A stretch of 64,000 nucleotides of DNA from the NCBI GenBank assembly GCA_904063045.1, contig CAJFCJ010000005.1:2908165-2972164 (forward strand), read 5' to 3'. The notes under the pieces were generated by a model that made no database searches, was not told the origin of the DNA, and was given only the letters and a program-made list of their open reading frames with translations. Of the stretch, positions 1 to 11,450 are shown piece after piece; positions within the stretch are counted from its first letter, which is position 1, and each line of letters opens with the position of its first letter. A program made the position numbers and the translations under genes. The stretch comes from Dimorphilus gyrociliatus. Lineage: Eukaryota; Animalia; Annelida.

Positions 1-1418
1 CGTACCTTCAAATCCATTATCTTCACTCTTTTCTGCTACAAAAGAATTATCTTCCTTTTTGGTGTCGGGTTGTCCATCCTGCTTTATATACAAAGTACAT
101 CCTTTATATTCTGAGGCATCTAGACCAGTTGCAGTATCCATATCTAGAGGATTTTCCAGAGTTATTATCGCAAAATCTTTGTCTTCTTTTTTGTCAACAT
201 TTTCCAATGGGATCTTCTTCTTCTTGAAGAATTTGATTAACTGATCTTCAGTCAAATCCCTTACACCTTTGACGAATATTTTCTTGTTTCCTTCAGTTGT
301 ACCGTTTGCACCTGATAAGTATATATTTAGCATAGTTCTTTGCAGCTAATTTATATTTAAAGACGTACCATTTTCTTTTTCTTCACCTGATTCCTCATCC
401 TCGGAACTACTGTCCTTAGATTTCTTAGAGGGAACCTCTTCTTTTTCGGACTTTGCCTTACGTTTCTTGGATTTTTTCTCATCTTCGTCACTTGAATCTT
501 CATCTGAAGACGACTCTTTTGCTTTCTTGGATTTCTTGGCCTTCTTAGAAGGGATAGATTCTTTCTCTGCCTTAGCCTTACGTTTTTTAGATTTTTTATC
601 TTCTTTCTCACTTTCTTCATCAGAACCTTCATCACTACTTTCTTTCTTGTTCTTTTTCTTATTATCTTTCTTGCTCTTTTTCGATTTCTCTGAATAATAG
701 AACGACATGTTACTTTCGTAGGAAAGAAGTCTTTTTTAACTTACTGCTTTTCTTTTTTTCTTCTTCTTCGCTGTCTAAGACTTCTTCCTCGCTTTCTTCT
801 TCCTTGGGAGGGACATCTTTCTTCTCCTTTTTCTGTCGAAGAATAAAATTAATAAAACGTGGTATGAAAAGTTACATGTAAGCTGAGTATATGGCTACAC
901 GTTGCCACATATTACTGTGTGTATGGGGAGTTGTACATCTACTTCTACATTGCCTAAATATACAACTTACCCTAAAATTCTACAAGAATTTCCTTTTTGA
1001 GGGTTCCGATTCATTTAACCAAAATTATTAGTAAATAGGTTGTTTTCTGGTTTTAGACTGTATGGTTAAGTGGCTTGGTCTCTAATTTAAAGCTTTCTTA
1101 AGGAATTTGCGTCGTGACCTCGATAACTTTCGCCGACATGCGAGTCCTTACCCACTGAAAACGGTCTCTCAATGTATTTCGCCTTTTAAATAGATTCAAA
1201 AAATGTACGTTTTTGATCATATCGCTACATTTCAGCCAAATTAGCTGATGAGCGGCCGTCGCTCAACTTTATTTAGCATTTAAGCCAAAACATGCGGTCT
1301 CCCATGTCAAGCACGTGGGAACTTTCGGCATTTTTCTTTGCCTGTAATTATTCTTCTATCTTTGAATAGTTAATGTACAACATCTTACCTGCTTATCTTT
1401 GCTGCCCTTAACTTTCAT
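1..1418 (-). CDS. Nucleolin/NSR1-like RNA-binding protein (acidic/basic N-terminus followed by an RRM); 3' part lies beyond the window start
   Basis: Hand-spliced exons 1418-1389 (MKVKGSKDKQ), 832-745, 689-369 and 311-6 join in frame over GT-AG introns. They give alternating Lys-rich and Ser/Glu/Asp-rich tracts, then an RRM-like segment (KIFVKGV as RNP2-like, DFAIITLE as RNP1-like). A further donor GTACG lies at 5-1. Confidence 0.7.
1201..1331 (-). ncRNA. Candidate intronic box H/ACA snoRNA
   Basis: Lies in the 556-bp first intron of the nucleolin-like gene, on the sense strand. Layout is hairpin, AAATAA (ANANNA, 1274-1269), hairpin, ACA-TTT (1206-1201), about 131 nt. No target RNA identified. 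Confidence 0.35.
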
Positions 1419-2048
1419 ATTTGTAACAAAAACAGGGAATGTAGACTTAAACAAACGAGATTTTTGCAGATTCAACAATTCAATCACGCGGTTCACGCTG
1501 AATGGAAAGCCGTATGTAAGTCACGTGTAATGCTATACCCAGCATGCGCTATTACGATTAATCGTATTTTCGATTAATCGGTTATAATTTAATCGATGAC
1601 CTGTTTCAAACTCTAAAAAACTAATCTCTTGAAGAATTTGACAGAATAGATAACAGTTAAAAAATAAATCTTATGTAAAAGTTATGATATTCTTTTTGGC
1701 AAGAGTAAGCCAGCAATATGTTACTCGAGCAACAAACAGTTTTTAGATGTCCCTGAAAGTTAAACGATAATAATTTTAGTACAGCAATGAGAAAATAGCT
1801 TTGCAGTGGGTTTACTATAAAAATAGTATTTTTTATATTTAATATATGAAAACTTAAAGTAAGTTGATAAAAGCAGATGAATCAAATATAACAAAGATTT
1901 AAAATAAAGAAGACTGGTATCTGTCATAGAGTTCTAAATGAAGACAGGTACCAGGTGTAGCTTATTGCTTTGGCGGGTTTTTCAATTACATATCGTTAAC
2001 TTGGTCTAATCTCTTATCTATTGAAGATATCGAAAAATATTTGTAAAC

Positions 2049-3838
2049 ATGGAGTTTGACGATGTTCTGGAATGTGTTGGAGGTTTATCCTATTACCAAT
2101 TCTTTTTATTCTGTATACTTATATTAGAAGAAATCTTGGGCGCAGAAGCAATGGCTATGAACTTTATTGGTGGCAAACAAGAACACTGGTGCAAAGTACC
2201 AGAACTGCAGAGACTATCCTTTAGACGCCAAAAGCTTATAGCTATACCAAACGGCTCCTCAAAATCTGCTTATGTTCAATGCAAGACTTTCCCCCTAAAC
2301 TATTCGTCTTATAGTATATCCGATTTTTTACAATGGAATGAAACAGACAGACAAAAGGTGGAAGCAACCTTTCCCAATGTAAATTCTTATTCCGAATGTA
2401 ATAACGGCTGGGTTTTCGATAAGAGTATATTTGTTTCAACTATAAATAGCCAATGGAATTTAGTATGCGGAAGAAGTTGGACAATTCAATTAGTATCTTC
2501 TATTTATATGACAGGGAGATTTTTTGGCGCAATTAGTGCTGGAGCAATCTCAGATAAATGGGGTCGTAAACCAGCAATTGTAATTTTTATTATAATTAAA
2601 TTAATTGGGGGCTATTTGGCGACTTTTGCCAGCAATTTAATTCTGTTTTGCTTTGGGAGATTCATTATGGCTATCGGAACAACAGGAAGCGGAATAGCTG
2701 CTTATGTACTTAGTAAGAATAAACTCACTTTGTCCCTTACTATTCTTGTTTTATATGATCCTTATAAATAGTATTCTCTTTCATAGTGCAAGAAATAATA
2801 GATAAAAAATATAGAGCAATGGTTGGTATGACTTGGACGTCATTCTTTTCACTTGGATTTGCTCTTCTACCAGGCATTGCTTACCTTATAAGGGATCACA
2901 GAGCATTCCAATTCGTTTATATTACTCCTGCTTTAATCATGTTGTCATATGTATTTTTATTGGATGAATCACCAAGATGGCTAGTTTCTCAGGGAAAAGT
3001 TGACAAGGCTGAGAAAATTTTAAAAAGAATTGCTATAATTAATGGACGAAATCCACCTCAAAAGATTACTTTTGATAATAAAAATAATGAACAGAGACAG
3101 GGAAAACTCGTAGATCTTTTTCGAACTCCCAATATAAGAAAGAAAACAATAATTGTGTCCCTTTTATGGTTCACTTGTAGCCTTATGTATTACGGTTTAT
3201 CTTTAAACACAGGACAGTTGGCGGGTAATATTTTCTTGAATACATTCTTATCAGCATTTATTGAGATACCATCGAAATTATCTGGTTAGTAATCACCCTT
3301 TGTTTTCATTCCAGTGAAAAGAAATTTAATGACTCAGTAATTCACTCTAGGTATTTGGCTATTAACTAAAGGAAGACGACCTACTGTAGGTTGGAGCTTA
3401 ATATTTGCAGGGGTACTTAGCATAACTTTAATACCCTTAATTGTTACAAATAGTACAGTTCTTTCGCTTCTATTGAAAGTAATAGCTCTATTAAAATACC
3501 TCGTTTAATTAGCTCCTACAGGATATCGAACGGCCGTTGCAATTATATCGAAATCTGGAGTATCTATTGCTTTTGGTTCAACTTATATTTATTCGATAGA
3601 ACTCTTTCCAACTGGCGTGAGAAATGTAGGATTAGGTTGGGGTTCAATGATTGCTAGAATTAGCGGAGTGGCCTCACCGTACGTTGGAGGACCATTATCA
3701 AATGTATGGAAGCCTCTTCCTACAACAATTTTCGGTTTATTTGCAACTTTATCGGGATTATTCACTTTTCTACTTCCGGAAACTTTAAATAGAAAACTTC
3801 CGGAAACTATAGAAGAAGGTGAAAACTTTGGAAAGTAA
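2049..3838 (+). CDS. SLC22 organic cation/anion transporter (MFS)
   Basis: Exons about 2049-2712, 2787-3284, 3351-3452 and 3513-3838. Motifs include the large first loop with WNLVC, SDKWGRKP, ESPRWL, ELFPTGVRNVGLG and LPETLNRKLPETIEEGENFG. A GTAAGT at the stop could allow a short extra last exon. Confidence 0.93.
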
Positions 3839-4499
3839 GTACAGAGCAAACTAGTCTTAATTTTATAATAATAATAATCAACAATATAATCCTTTGGTAA
3901 TAATTGATATTTTCTTTCAAAATAGAAGTATAAGCGCTTTGAAAAGGAAATGAAAAATTGATAAAACGTTAATAATCACAATAAAATTGTATATTGTATA
4001 ATAAATAAAATACTGAGCTAACGCAAATTTAGAAAGAGACAAAAATTATTATTTTACACTTCATTTAATAGAGAAATAGTGCTTTCAATGAAAGAAATCT
4101 TTTTATCCATTGAAAATTCTTTATTAGTTATATCGTTTATGAAATTATTTCCTTTTTTCTAATAGACGTTACCTTTAGCTATAAAAATCTATAAATTCCT
4201 TTTTTCCAGTATATAGTCTATCAACTTTTTCAATTACAGTCAAATAAATCGGAATTACGTTTTTATAGGCCTGAATTTTCGATAGAAAGAAGCTAGAAAG
4301 CCTTATAGTAATAATTGAAGAAAGAAATATATCTTGATAGAAAGTACACGGTGTAATATTATTTTTGTTGACTATTCTTCTTTTTCTACCAAAAACAACA
4401 ACAACTAAAAGCATCAATCTATTTATAGGTATAAGCTATATAAAGCATGTTATTCGAACTGTATATAAAGTTATTAGTGTAAAGACATGAAAGAATGTT

Positions 4500-5135
4500 C
4501 TAGCAAACAACTTTAGATAATTCGTTAAAAAGATTAATATTCATTTTAAACGCTAATCTGGCTTCGTCCAAAATCTCTTTAATTGCCTCTTCATTTTGAA
4601 CAACTTCATTCAATCTTGAGAAGTATAAACTTTTAAAATTTTTTATATTATTAATATTCTCAAAGTCGTAAAATTTTAAACCGTCTCCATTCTCAGGAAG
4701 TTGATAGGCCTTTCTTAGTTTATATCTGATCATTTGTCCACCTGATACATCCCCCATATAACGAACGTAGGTATGAGACAGAAACCTAGCAGACTTCCGA
4801 ATGCCGACTTCGTGAATCCTTTCAGCGTATTTTTTAGTTGATTTTAAGATTTCGTAGCTGCTCCATTTGGGATCAAGATAGTTTAAATCGGCACTTATAT
4901 TCTGGAATCTGTATAATTCGGACGGGAAATACACACTTGCATGCAATTCGTAGTCTCTCAATTTCTCACTTTCTTCTTCCAAAGCTTTATAGATATATCT
5001 CAACTGAACCAAAAAAAGGACATATTGCTTTTTTGTCAGTCTGCCTTTAAGCATATCTATCATGAAAGAGGACTTTTCCGCCTCCTCGTGACTGCCCATA
5101 GTAGCTTCTTTTAAAAGTTTCCTAATATCTGACAT
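4500..5135 (-). CDS. HMOX: Heme oxygenase, single exon, 211 aa
   Basis: Proximal His region LKEATMGSHEEAE, VYFPSELYR, and distal helix HTYVRYMGDVSGGQ all match animal HO-1/HO-2. Confidence 0.95.
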   Translation of the reverse strand: MSDIRKLLKEATMGSHEEAEKSSFMIDMLKGRLTKKQYVLFLVQLRYIYKALEEESEKLRDYELHASVYFPSELYRFQNISADLNYLDPKWSSYEILKSTKKYAERIHEVGIRKSARFLSHTYVRYMGDVSGGQMIRYKLRKAYQLPENGDGLKFYDFENINNIKNFKSLYFSRLNEVVQNEEAIKEILDEARLAFKMNINLFNELSKVVC

Positions 5136-7334
5136 AGCTTTTTTCGTTCAAGTCTGCACCAAAGTAAATGACAAGCCAATATTTATAAGAAATCTGCTTA
5201 GCTGGTATCTTTTTAAACGCCATGTTATCTACTTGAACGGAAGACATTCATGATGATTTCGGATTTTTTATCTAATCAAAATATGTAATTGATTGATACG
5301 TATAAGTTCCGAGTCAAACGAAGGTGAAAAAGAGAGCTGTAGTATTTAAGAAGTTTACTAATGTATATATATAATTATATATATACTGTATAAAATTTAT
5401 ATATATATATATATATAAATAAAGGAACACGTTAAAAGTTATTATATTTCTCATTGCATTTTTGAGATTAAAGATAAAAGTATGTCTTATTTAATAAATC
5501 AATTATTATTGCAAGTCAGAGTTAATTCATTGAGTAAGCTGTAGAATCCAATTAATCATTCGAGGACAACATGAAAAGATATTAGTATGTTACGGCAAAC
5601 ATTTACTTTGGTTTGTGATAAATAGTTTTAAACATAGTACAAAAGAGAGAAGAAAAGAACAAAAAAAAGACCTTCTTCTAGAAGATAAAGAATGAGAATG
5701 GAGTTCATTGGGGAATACGTTTTTTTTTAAATCAGAGGGAAAAAAAGAAGACGACACAAGATCTATTTATTTTACACTTGAGTTATTGACTTTAAGCTTT
5801 TGGTTATCAAAAAGGAAGCCGACTTAGTAATATTAGTAGAGCATTTATTCCGCACGAGGATGATAATTTATTGCATAATAATAATTTTTAACAAGTTAGG
5901 TGATTGAGTAACGTTCTAATGACATTTAGTATGATGTATAGGTCCAGTTACAATAGATCTCTTAGTAAGATCATTAAGTAGACCATTGTAAATGCAAACA
6001 CAGATAATTAAGATAACTCAGAACCCGTCTTTGTAGGGTATTAAATTCTTTATCTGCAAACAACCATATATGTATATACTGTATATAGTGATAGTTAAAT
6101 ATATACAATATATGCCTATATATATTAGTGCATTAGTATATTGTGTATATCCATACAAAACCAAAAACATTTCGTGAAAATATACGAATACAAAATAGCG
6201 GGCATTCTTTTTAATTAAAATGTAACAAAAATATGGCCTAGAGGAAAATTGGACAGGACAAAATAGATGAAAGAAGAAGTAAATGAATACAAATTATTCT
6301 GTCCCGAGAAGTGGAATTTATTAGTTAGAAATGCACTGGTTACGGATACTCAATCTTAATATAATTATAATTTTTATCAATTTTTTTTTCTATAAATACG
6401 TTCATTATTTTGCTTTATCTTCTTTAATCCTTCGTTTTCTTTTTACTGAATTGCACTATATATTAATGGAAATAAAGCCATGGGAAATTTTCAAATTTTA
6501 CTCACATTCTCGATTATATTAATGAGTATTTACGTTTTCTGTTCTAGTAAGATTCTTCCCATGCGTATAATTTTGGTTGAGTGAGTAAGAGAAAGAAGAC
6601 TTGATTATATTTTGTATAGTAGCATGGGTTAATAGGAGAGGACTTCAGGGAGAACTTAAAAAAACGCGTAAGGTGGAGAAAGACTTGCTTTTTCTATGCA
6701 AAATATTTTATTGATTATTTACACCATAAATAGGAAAATTTTTAACTCAAAGGGTGCTAATTATCATTTTTGACAACCATTAAGAAACTTGTTTACAAAT
6801 ACATTTCCTCTTTACTTTACAGAGAAATATTTGAAATATAAAAGGAAATATACGACACACTGAGCCTGTAGGTTTAAGAAAATTGGTATAGGATGACTCT
6901 TTATAAACTGACTCCAAGAGCTTTGCTCTCTAATATTATGAATTGGGGCATGGTTTCAACGTTTAGACGTCACATCACTATGGAAAGGATTTTTGAAAAA
7001 ACCCTTCAGGGATTACCCTGTATTATGGACAGAAAACAGGATTTTATTGAAAAGGATCATTTAAAAAAAGAAAAACACTTAGTAATTGTAAATAATAGAA
7101 AGTGAACTACAATGGAAAAAAGAGTATTCTAGGTTTACTCTTTAATATAGTAAAGAAAAGTATACGAAATACAACAGATATTTCTCATACAAGGCAGGTG
7201 TAAAAGTAAACAACAATCAATTACTTTCATATTAGTGACATTTTGTTTGTTTTTTTTGCTCTTTTTTTGTTTGTTTGCTGGTATTTGTTACTTTGTTTGT
7301 TTTGTTTTGCTTTTTTTTTTAAATTTCTATAGTC

Positions 7335-8805
7335 TTAGGTGGTTGGAGACATCTTGTCTGATTTATCAGTATAGCAGGGAATGGATGATGTAGACGTTCT
7401 TTTTAAGTTGGGAAGTTTATAAGAATCTTGAGCAGTTGTTTGTTCACCATTATTCATCAAGATGGTTAAGTGCGTATTATCAATGCTAATTATAGAATAA
7501 AAGAGAATAAAAATTTTTATTAAAAACTGTTTAATTGCGTTTTAAACCAATTCGGAAATATCTCAACCTATCAAAACTCCTTATTGGGCGTTTGCAGAAT
7601 AAACGTCTGTAGGCTTTACGTACTTCTCGCATCCTGACAGCATATATAATAGGATCTAGTATTGGAGACATAAAAAATGCAATTAATTAATCCATCAATT
7701 ATTGCAAATTTTATACCAGCGATTGAATTTAGAAGCATAATGTTGTAGATACATTTATCCAATGTCATGAGAAGGTTAGTTCTATCCAAGAGTAGCTTCG
7801 CATTCACTTGTGATATAACAATTAGAGTTACTTGGTAGAAACAGAGAGGTAGCCAACAAGCAGCAAATGTTACTAAATTAATAAAGTGAAACAATATAAA
7901 TGCTGCTAAAAATAAAGTATTATATAAAATAATGTATGCAACTTATATAAACGTCAATATAACATAGGTAGGTATCTATATATGTATATGTAAAAGTAAT
8001 AATAACATATTATAGTGTAATTTGATCATATGAGTGCAACAAATTTTTTAATGGGCTTTTAGCTTAACCTACCAATAATTAATAGAGTTGTAAATAAAGC
8101 CTTGTTATTCCTTAGCATTTCGTTCGCTCCTCCGGCTTCCATTCGATTTCTTTGCCTTTTTACTTCCCCATAGACTTTGATATACACGAGTGTCATTAGA
8201 ACGAAGCAGAAGGGGGCCAGGACGAAAACGACGTATTCCTCATTATATTTTGTCCAATAAACTTTCTGACAGTAGTTTAGTTTCTTCGGCCTACCCAATG
8301 GTGTAAGCCAATCAGAGAAACCGCTTATAGCTGATAGAGCCCATAATAGACCTATAAGAATAGTTGTCCTGCCTTTTGTGAAGATAGTTGGATAGTGTAA
8401 CGGTTTAAAAACTGCAAAATAGTGATCCGTTGCCATTGCCAAAAGATTGAAGAGGATTAATAGTAAAAAAGTACTATTTAAAGATTTTATTATCATGTAA
8501 AAACACTTTGATCTAGAATGACTATTGAGAGATTGGTTAAGATGATGAAATAGTACTGAGAGTGCCAGAAGACCATCTCCAATTGCCAAGTTTAGTACAA
8601 GGCGAAAATGAGACGACATCGCTGACGTACTTTTTACTTTTCGGACTGCTAGAGCAGTTAAAAAATTTGCTATTATGGCCACAGTTGATACAATCAGAGC
8701 AGCAATAGTCAAAAGTTCATACAAAAACTTGGAGGAATTTGGAAATTCTCCAAAATAGCTCGAGTTGCTATTTGTCGAATTTGTCGAATTATTGATGATA
8801 TCCAT
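7335..8805 (-). CDS. Class A (rhodopsin-like) GPCR, adenosine/melanocortin-like branch, orphan
   Basis: Exons 8805-8073, 7872-7717, 7655-7568 and about 7486-7335. Seven hydrophobic segments, N-terminal N-glycosylation sites, TM2 LNLAIGD, DHY in place of DRY, TM6 CWLP and TM7 NSIADPIIY. Confidence 0.9.
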
Positions 8806-9750
8806 CGTGAGCTCATAAATTTTTTCTCTTTCGTCTTAACCTCTCTCTCGCTCTCACTTTCACGCATACACAACAGCCGCTTGCTCTCTTTCTCTCTCAT
8901 AAACAGAATTTGCTTTTCACTTTTCGCCTTTTCACTTATCCTTCGTTTAGTATTCCGTTTGTATTGTTTGTTTGTCTTTGGTAGCCAGTCCTCTTTTTTA
9001 TCGTTTGCTTTCTTTTCGTTGTCGTTCAGTCCCTTTGGAATTGTTCGAATCTGTTTACGATATGAACTGACATTTCAAATTCTTTTTTTCATTAGAGAAG
9101 TATACAAATATTGGCCTTGGATTAGTATAAAGTTCTTTTTTCAAAATAACTGAAAAGCTGTCGTTTTCAGCCTATTAAAGATCAATAATAACGACTGATG
9201 CCATTGGCCCTTAAGCGGTGTCAAAGATGGACATAAATAATATAGCAATACTTAATACGAATTGAACTAGAAAACTATCTTAAAAAATTAGCCTAACGAT
9301 AAATTCTTTTGTAAATATTTATAGGTCTAATAAAAATTAATTTCATAAAGAGTGTTTTATTTTATTATTTAGCATTTATTAATACACACACAATAAATCT
9401 TTTTCTCTCCTATTATATCGCTATATTCTTTATGAACAACTAGAAGACGATAAAAACAAAGAGGAGAATGATGAAATATAATTGCCAACTATAATTAATA
9501 TTGTTTCAGTTAATCTATATATTTTTTCTCATTCTACTGCAATGGAATAATAACAAACAGCAAAAAACAGAAGAAAAAACACACCGTGGAAAGAACGACA
9601 GTTGCAAAAAAAAGAGAGATAAAAATAATAAGAAAAACATTTCTGTCTTAAATGTCACGTTTTTTTCCTCCCCCTCCCCTCTCCTCTTCCTCCAAATATC
9701 TTACTCCTTCTCTTTTTAATAAATTACGCTATTGAAAGCTGGGAAGCGAG

Positions 9751-9768
9751 AAGAGAGAGAGAGAGAGA
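9751..9768 (+). repeat. (GA)n microsatellite
   Basis: Run of agagagagagagagag in the predicted GPCR 5' UTR intron. Confidence 0.8.
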
Positions 9769-10823
9769 ATCTAATTAAATCGAAAAGAATAAAATCATAC
9801 ACTCAATGAGGAAATGGCGCAACTGTACCTTTTTCAATATTTTTTTTAATTAAAGAATTTTGGCTAATTGTATAAATATTAAAAATTATAAAATAATAAT
9901 TTACACATATGTTTGTTTTTTCCAAAAAAAAAATCGATCGGCTATTAACCTGGCTAAAAAAAATAACTAACACTCTATGAGTTTGACATAAACAGAACAA
10001 ACATAGCTTAACGTATTAACTCTTTAATACGTCCTCATATCTAATTTATAAAGGGGCATTTAGGAAAGGGAGAGACTAATCAATGATCTGAAAATTATTA
10101 ATACGAACTGTGAGAATATTATTTATATTGTTCATATGTAGGTTTACATTGGGGATTTTATTAAGTTGCTATATTTTTTCTATAGTTTAAATGTCAGCTG
10201 AATAATTTTAAGTATCTTCAGCTGTTCTTGAATACTTTATTTTTATTATAATAAAGAATATTCGAACGTTCTTTTAGCCAGAAAGATAGATTACGTCGTA
10301 AAGATATTTATGTAAAAACTATGTTACGCTTAATTTAATATGACATTACGCCTTTTCTGTTCCCTGATAAAGAACATTCCTTAAAAAGTTTCAGGGGCTA
10401 TAGATTACTTTCAATGTTGTTAAGGCATGTCACGCCGTATTTTGGATATTCTGTCGCAGGCTGATAATATAAAATTTTCTCGTTTTACTGTTACGCTGTT
10501 TCCTTGTATTATAGTTTGTGAATTTAATATTTATAATTAGATATAAGCATACTAAATGTAAGATTTTGAAATAGAAAAGTTTTGGCCTAGACAATTAAAA
10601 AATTTTCGCTTCGATAGGCAAAAAAGAATTAAGCTGGAAGCATGTTACGTGATCAGCGTTCCATTCTTTTGTTTATTAAGAAAAAACCTACTACTACTAT
10701 TTTAGAGCATTTTTTTTATTTCTTTTTATTCTTTTTACCAAAAAAAAATTCCATTGAAATATCTTAAACAACAAACACAAGTTGAAAAGCCAGAAAATTC
10801 GTCATAAAGTACAAATTACTTAC

Positions 10824-10935
10824 CTAAATGTTTGAAGTTTTCCACCGCCGTCTATGTTAGTTGGTTTATAGCAATCGTGTCGCTCCCTCGCCAAGCCACT
10901 CGCCTTGTATGACGTTCACCGCCTCTTTATATATA
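10824..10935 (-). promoter_or_regulatory. Putative TATA promoter and non-coding first exon of the GPCR
   Basis: Minus-strand TATATAA near 10927-10935, a GC-richer segment, then a consensus donor AG|GTAAGT at 10823. A matching acceptor CTTTTCAG ends at 9150, upstream of the GPCR ATG. Confidence 0.4.
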
Positions 10936-11450
10936 AATCGAAATACCCGCCATCTTTTTTCCTAAGGCCTTTTTTTTTTTAAATAATTTAAACAAACAAT
11001 CTTAAAAGGAAGAAAATAATAAACCCTCAGTAATATCAAAGATATATATTAATTAATAAGTTCAAAAAGATAGTATCCGCCTTTAATTATCACTAATCGA
11101 ACCATCTCATAATTAATATCCATTTTTTATGGTATGCTACACAGTGCTTTTATATACCCAAATTATGATTAAACAATTAATCGATGGCTGAAAAATCCTG
11201 TGAACTATCATACCTTAAGTAACAAATTTTTCCAAGTTTATTAAACAACAAAATGAGTAAAAAGATTTAAAAAAAAAATAAGGATTATGAATAAAATGCT
11301 CGTATAAAATACAATATATACATTTTATATACTGTATATATTTTATATACATACATACATACATATAAAATCATAATTGCTGTTAATAGATAATGCATAA
11401 AAACCATTAAGTAAACAATAATATATATATATGTAGAGAGAGAGAAATTT

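Noticed and set aside
357-697. Alternative-frame and antisense ORFs over the nucleolin-like acidic/basic exon
   Set aside because: Shadows of a low-complexity, purine-rich coding exon. The same applies to most short ORFs overlapping contactin, GPATCH1, FRMPD4, GCNA, ZFR and vanin.
4500-5135. Bacterial horizontal transfer as the origin of the intronless, anchor-less heme oxygenase
   Set aside because: Motifs (VYFPxEL, LPxxGxGLxF, FxxLYxSR) follow animal HO-1/2 and base composition matches neighbouring genes.
5245-5300. Box C-like ATGATGA upstream of heme oxygenase
   Set aside because: No box D (CTGA) or terminal stem at a suitable distance.
6893-7105. 70-aa plus-strand ORF
   Set aside because: No recognisable motif or splice context; lies in the probable GPCR 3' UTR on the opposite strand.
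9035-9060. GTTCGAATC resembling a tRNA T-loop
   Set aside because: The flanks do not form a T-stem or cloverleaf and there is no A box.
9501-10000. ORFs of 72 and 65 aa in the GPCR upstream region
   Set aside because: Low-complexity A/T-run translations.
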